Shown here piece after piece: positions 61,301 through 64,000 of a stretch of 64,000 bases of DNA. The position numbers and the translations under genes were made by a program. The stretch comes from Lytechinus pictus. Taxonomy: Eukaryota. Numbering within the stretch: position 1 is the stretch's first letter; every line of letters begins with the position of its first letter. Where the stretch lies: contig NC_087245.1 in the NCBI RefSeq assembly GCF_037042905.1, positions 13,580,001 to 13,644,000 on the forward strand, read 5' to 3'. A model generated the notes under the pieces. The model saw nothing but the letters and a program-made list of their open reading frames with translations. It did not search any database and was not told the DNA's origin.

Positions 61301-64000
61301 CAATGATACTAAAGAATGTTCTTCTCTTGATCTGTTTAAGTCTCTGTAAATTCTCTGTAAATTCATCTTTTCCAAAGATGAATTTTAATTTTCTTATGAT
61401 GCATTATCAAATTCCAAATTGTCAAAATTCCATTTCAATATGTATAATGATGTTTTCAGCTTATGTTTAATAATGTATTCAGGTTCAATATATTTTTTTC
61501 CTTTTCTTTCTCCCTCTCTTTCTTTCCCATACTACCTTTTAGAGCTATAAGAGACTTAACTGTAATTTGCACTATATTTTCAAAAACATAACTCTATTGA
61601 ATTGATATTTCCTATACTATTTTCATGATTAATTTGAAGGGGTGGAGTTCATTGGCGGAACCTTGTCTACAAATTCCAAGTTTGCAGAGTTCCGGAGCAT
61701 GCATGAGATCTCCTTCAGTGGTAGCTTTGAATCAGATCCTAGCAAGGGGGGTGTCCAAGGACACAAGCTGTGGAGGGTGAAAGGTTATGCCTCTAACACT
61801 AATGATACCGGTAGCAGCACCACCTCCACTCCCATCTCAGAAGCTACTACTTTAGCAGGTAGGAATTGGAATTGCATGTCACTTAGTAATAATAACCCCT
61901 ATGTTGTATATTTGGTTGTTAATCTCACAGTATCTTATCTATGCATCAGATGGAACAGGTGATTGTGGTTATTTGTTCTTTGTGACATTGTTCAACATTA
62001 CTTCTCTTCAATCAATGATTTATTGCTTGCCAAATTCTTCAGTTTTCTCAGTGTTATCTGGACTTAACACTCTGTCCAGCCGTACTTGTACAACAAGTTG
62101 ACATGAACTACCAGGGCTTATTACAATCAAAGGCCATTAACTAGAAGGAAAACAATTATTTTGAGTATTTTTCTTTATTGGTAGGTGAAAGTTGAATTAA
62201 AGCTAGATTTTCTTCAAAATGTGAAGGTGATAATGATTTCTTTTGGTATTATCTCAAAAACTGAGTTGCATCCTTCTGTTGGCCAAGCATCTATTATGTA
62301 TGATATTTTCAGGCTTTTTGTTCAGACATTCATACATTCATTACTGGATCCTTTCTTAATACATGTATCTGCACCCTATTAATCATACTTTATGCATAGA
62401 TCGAATGTGTATAAACCTGGTTTCAAACCACATATTATTCAAAATCAACTTTACCAGTTCATGAGATATGACAGACATACAAGTCTTTACCTAGCGTTAA
62501 GTAGTAAACAAGGATGCAACGTCCAAAACATACAGTATATTGGTAACAGAATTGCAATGACCATTTTAACCCCCCCCCCCATGTATTTATACTCAACAGA
62601 TAATGTCATCGATCAGGACCTGTCACCTGGAGCCTCCCTGAGTTGGGTTGGAACAACCTTTGTCATATTAGATCTATCCACAGTCAGCTGTAGCTCTCTC
62701 GTCTACTTCTGCATCTTGGCTGAAAGGAACCCCGACTCTCAGAGAAAAGATCTATCACCTCTTAATTTCGATGTTAACTCGTACATCGTTTGTGAGCAGA
62801 TAGAGTGTGTGGGGCTTGAGATCGACACACTGACACTTACCCACAACGCAGATCAAGGTGACCCTCTGCGGGAGTTGGTAACCGGCAACCAGGACTTCTA
62901 CTTGGACCTGACCATTGATCCTCTTTCGACCAGCGGCGGTGTGTCGGGTAACTGGACATTTGATGTCTACTTCAGTGACATGCAAGACTGTTCGAGTACG
63001 CCTACCAGTCTTCCGACCATTACTGTTGTTCCCTCAATGAAACAAATCTACCAAGACGTGGATGGACAATTGGTCACAATTGAAGGGATTCAAGTAAGTG
63101 TCTTGTACCTGATCAATCACGATACATTCATGCAGGAATAAGGTTTGTTGCTTACAGCTTCATGGAAGGAATACCCCCTCCCCCTCATGATAATCAATAT
63201 TAATGAATTAATATAGAAAGGAAGGAATAAATTGATAAAATGAATAAATAAATAAATGAACAAGATATGAAAAAATGAATGCAAAAAAATTGAATAAAAA
63301 ATGAAATAGGACATAAATACAATAATAAATGAATAGATAAATGAATGAATGAAATACATGTAATACATCCAAATTATTGTACCATAAAAACTTTTTTCTT
63401 GAAATTCTAAAATCATTAGATTTATGTCTATGTACATACACAATATAATTAAGTATCTCAATTTTTATTAATGCAAAATGTATAGATTTTCTGGTGACAC
63501 TCATGTGCCTTACAGAAAATTTATTCAACACTATTTAAGTGGTCTAGGGCTGCTTTTATTCATATTCACAACCTTGGAGCATGGTTTAAAACTTCTGTTC
63601 AAATCATGGCTGCATTCAAGCTACAATGTAGTTTGCTTGGTTGTATACATAAAAAGTCTTTCACAAAGAACAAAGAATGTGCATTTTAAAAGGATTTGCA
63701 GGATAAGCCTTTAAACAAAGAACTACTTTTATGAACAAAAATAGCTGAAATCTGGCTGCAATGACCATCTATGTGTTTTAATATTTATTACTCTAGTTAA
63801 AAAAAAAAACATGTAATGTACCATACATGGTATCTGTAATTTATTTATCATGCAGGCACTATTATTGTTATGTTGCTACAATTGTTTGTTCTTATGAACA
63901 AATCATATTGATTTGGTCTATTTCTTCTCAGGTGAAGGTTGATCTGTCAAGGTTTGCATGTTCAAGCGCTCCGTACATGTGCTTAAATTTAACCAGTGCT
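38232..64000 (+). CDS. Uncharacterised secreted/extracellular protein with tandem ~140-aa four-Cys repeats; 3'-partial. Exons: 38232-38297, 54526-54556, 55918-56193, 56980-57108, 58016-58141, 59057-59196, 59745-59898, 61640-61858, 62600-63093, 63932->64000
   Basis: gccATGG start at 38232. Exons 1+2 splice to MAVVSWTATCRLFAVLMLTLCLCFIQRVHS|QT (signal-peptide-like). All exons have AG/GT ends and chain in frame. The motif (D/S)LSxxxCx6C...Cx4CxG(V/L) recurs. Linking exon 1 across 16 kb is an inference from phase and signal-peptide fit. Confidence 0.8.
38443..38582. repeat. (CTA)n compound microsatellite
   Basis: Seen directly in the sequence. Confidence 0.9.
38899..39070 (-). mobile_element. 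Short SINE with 7SL RNA Alu-domain-like head, B-box, DeuSINE-like core and (CA)n tail
   Basis: The - strand begins CTGGGCGTTGTGGCGTGCGCCTGTAATCCAAGCTA. B-box GGTTCGAGTCC at 38997-39007. Core CGTCTTTCGGATGGTGACGTTAAAGGTCGGTCCC. Related copies at 29532-29650 and 24757-24798. Confidence 0.75.
39833..40493. mobile_element. Second copy of the same Kolobok-like MITE (left tip eroded), carrying a 63-bp retro-insertion
   Basis: Colinear with 22600-23176; right end CTGGACCATCCCT|TTAA. Confidence 0.85.
41256..41436. mobile_element. Degraded hAT-like MITE
   Basis: CAGAGGCGGATCAAGG ... CCTGGTCCCGTCACTG; flanks TTACATAT / TTACATGA. Confidence 0.55.
41816..42178 (+). mobile_element. tRNA-derived SINE with (TTA)n tail
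   Basis: A-box TGGCCCAGTGG, B-box GGTTCGAATCC, central GCACTCAACCCAGGTG...GGGTACC, and a 3' GCGCTATATAAAT followed by (TTA)n. Confidence 0.85.
43122..43430. repeat. (GTA)n/(ATA)n compound microsatellite
   Basis: Seen directly in the sequence. Confidence 0.92.
44864..45362 (+). repeat. Long direct repeat copy 1 (499 bp), putative target-site duplication
   Basis: Identical to 51005-51486 except for 17 extra nt (44924-44940) and C44954 vs T51078. Confidence 0.95.
45609..49382 (-). CDS. ORF2: APE endonuclease + reverse transcriptase + C-terminal CCHC zinc knuckle, 1257 aa, uninterrupted
   Basis: APE motifs SLNVRGL, LQET, NVYAP, GGDFN, SRLD, SDH. RT motifs KSPGNDG, NYRPITL, DFQKAFD, GVRQGDPLSP, YADD. 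C-terminal CTFC-x8-H-x4-C. Confidence 0.97.
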   Translation of the reverse strand: MGFKETSMKFLSLNVRGLRSGFRRQKVFGWLREKEIDIALLQETYSSEDVESSWSSEWGSDVLFCHGSPHSSGVMILINSKLDYKIISKHVSGNGRYLVLRIIIDGNEFIICNVYAPTADKKREQKIFFDHLLCTLNSFDDIGTTPLLIGGDFNVILNMNVDRQGGHPTTSQAVISQLKKLQSDLDVIDIWRVRNPITRKYTWKQLRPLIQSRLDIWFVSETLQDYISKVDMIPGVGSDHLAIILEFKVQEETRCNAMNWKFNNTLCEDEVFCSEMTKNLDLWIKDISQFDDMRIGWEFLKYNIRLFSRKYSIEKARKRKERRRELENRLKRLQFLLDSEGERHAEEYKKIEREYESYLDYITQGIILRSKANWMEFGEKNTKFFLNLEKGHKNKSSIFKLKQGDCILTDMKNINSEIKSFYTQLYKKPNVDSRQNSLFLGQENIPKLSSDSKSKCDLPLTLEECTSSLLLMSKNKSPGNDGLTVEFYRKFWGKIGQLLVDNLNYSFQQGQLSSSQRQGLITLISKKGKDKMLIENYRPITLVNVDLKIGSKALAERLKKVLPDLIHPDQVAFIKDRFIGEAVRTVKDALFFSDLKNIPGILLSLDFQKAFDSLDHSFLLNVLRSFNFGEGFCNFIKVLYTNLESAVMNRGLSSGYFPVERGVRQGDPLSPYLFVLAIETFAINIRENKTIHGLKISDNLELKLSLYADDITVFLSDNISFRHLLNTLQNFRKESSLSINIFKTKAMWIGACKDNQHSLENIQFEKSLTILGVDIAYSPNVFSLQLQRTLDKIRVQLNLWKSRHLSLIGKIQIVKTFAFSQLLYLASLSKIPDYYIKEVNKLVFGFIWNGPDRIKREILVKQYEDGGLKMICLKSLLQVQKVKWIQRVFTSNSKGWKIILLTLLQNVGGDFIFHCNYDLNILNLTIPEWYKDVMLSWSTVFQKNIKICNQMLWNNRCILQNGKSFYKPEIKNKGFVKVSHMLDEYGRPLRWKDAKNKGLTFVEYFLLLDCYKFMPSKWKVFFLSQNFHPIVDNISLIPTLTIDGITREVTGVPKYIFYTFFMNENNPSISNIFTRLKDTYGFQQEEVRELLKLPLRTTIDTRLRALHFKIINNLIPTKVWLFRINKVTDTLCTFCKVSPETLVHLFYSCHVVNQFWNNVGTLFASLDLPDFLSERYVLFGICKPQIPRYIFILNFLLLSGKQYIFRCRCDETKPTLPHFCNFLLSFETVEHTIAQRKCKLEKHDGKWAIILNTLKRR
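50129..51004 (-). CDS. ORF1: L1-type RNA-binding protein (S/T/P-rich N-terminus, coiled coil, RRM); native start probably lost, frame stays open into the duplicated flank up to an ATG at 51232
   Basis: Heptad region LDGLQHNLDQIKTKVDDLE...LRKEVDQLRTKLIESE, then RKNNLLFYGV, HRLP, PIIAKF and DLPP motifs typical of L1 ORF1p (Transposase_22 type). Confidence 0.88.
   Translation of the reverse strand, partial: RWSEVRWSEGQRTKQSTPSTSTAQTSTPTPEGTGEPESAFTLADVMRSIRESEVRVCAKLDGLQHNLDQIKTKVDDLEAAVDFNASKVDIIEKEKLPQIESDLRKEVDQLRTKLIESEIYQRKNNLLFYGVKMEQGENVYVVIRHVFTLLGLSKEEAEAVCLINVHRLPQRHSQEGVPHPIIAKFVYMSQRNRVLAAFEERAYKKRVATDASTGNTTGVEWRYPPVTQETSRLTVRTDLPPALKATRSELAKVAYKLRKEKKLSTKITVVRAKVVLFYREKGTQKWEIHKE
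51005..51486 (+). repeat. Long direct repeat copy 2 (482 bp), putative target-site duplication
   Basis: Matches copy 1. It ends in TTTTT, which in copy 1 runs into the element's poly(T). Confidence 0.95.
54883..55334. mobile_element. Kolobok-like MITE
   Basis: TTAA|AAGGGAAAGTTCATCCT ... AGGGTGAACTTCCCCT|TTAC, with internal inverted arms. Confidence 0.65.
60828..61360 (+). pseudogene. Decayed L2-clade LINE 3' fragment (RT C-terminus)
   Basis: RRHYLDQDTTARLVLAFVMSHIDNCNGLLSGLSDVQISRLQRIQNSAARVV is typical of L2 ORF2; stops and frameshifts follow. Confidence 0.82.

Noticed and set aside
62392..62599. N-terminal part of the 249-aa ORF as coding sequence
   Set aside because: It lies upstream of the splice acceptor at 62599; only 62600-63093 fits the repeat protein.

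Overview
Eukaryotic, AT-rich, intron-rich genomic DNA. The repeat and protein types suggest an invertebrate deuterostome, probably a sea urchin (inference). Left half: a tandem cluster of three NmrA-like (NMRAL1/HSCARG-type, NADPH-binding atypical SDR) genes. One is a divergent + strand copy whose first two exons lie outside the window; two are complete 6-exon - strand copies. Right half: a + strand gene for an uncharacterised secreted protein with tandem ~140-aa four-cysteine repeats, running off the window. Its 16-kb first intron holds an antisense L1/Tx1 non-LTR retrotransposon with open ORF1 and ORF2. That element is flanked by a ~500-bp target-site duplication and has a snap-back 5' junction. 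The rest is nested MITEs (hAT, Kolobok-like, Tc1/mariner, Harbinger-like, Helentron/pearl-like), tRNA-SINEs and decayed CR1/L2 LINEs. Most notable is a short SINE-like repeat family whose head matches the 7SL (SRP) RNA Alu domain, joined to a perfect B-box and a DeuSINE-like core: a candidate independent Alu-like SINE lineage. Family assignments are by eye from memory of consensus motifs; no searches were run.
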